Shown: piece after piece, positions 63,925 through 64,000 of the stretch | Layout: each line of letters begins with the position of its first letter | Numbering within the stretch: position 1 is the first letter of the stretch | Assembly (NCBI RefSeq): GCF_006345805.1 | Contig: NC_043014.1 | Location: 2,418,001 to 2,482,000, forward strand | From: Octopus sinensis | Lineage: Eukaryota | Length of the DNA: 64,000 bases | Direction: 5' to 3' | Notes under the pieces: generated by a model | What the model was told of the DNA's origin: nothing | The model's input: only the letters and a program-made list of their open reading frames with translations | The model's database searches: none | Translations under genes and position numbers: made by a program

Positions 63925-64000
63925 ATATATATATATTTAAATTAACGAAATCTTGGGCTGATGACAGGAATGTTGGAATAGGTATGTATTTCTAGCCTCC

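Overview
AT-rich, repeat-dense animal genomic DNA. The repeat families resemble those I recall from Octopus (coleoid cephalopod); the taxon is an inference. I assembled two intron-rich genes on the minus strand by hand, with GT-AG boundaries and consistent phases. The first is a Nodal modulator (NOMO) ortholog: exons 1-25 at 41915->912, 977 codons, continuing off the left edge. The second is the last 11 coding exons of TMEM209 (62741->48468, 362 aa plus stop), whose 5' part lies off the right edge. Introns are filled with tRNA-derived SINEs, (GAT)n-tailed retroposons, piggyBac/hAT/mariner MITEs, LINE 3' ends and microsatellites. The most notable signal is a set of long fold-back palindromes and short (TA)n-associated elements carrying hammerhead-ribozyme-shaped motifs. 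These include a G3-C8 swapped core, a probable U3-A8 core and other core variants, arranged divergently in the palindrome arms, which suggests several families of non-autonomous Penelope-like retroelements. Most long ORFs in the supplied track are repeat or low-complexity artefacts.
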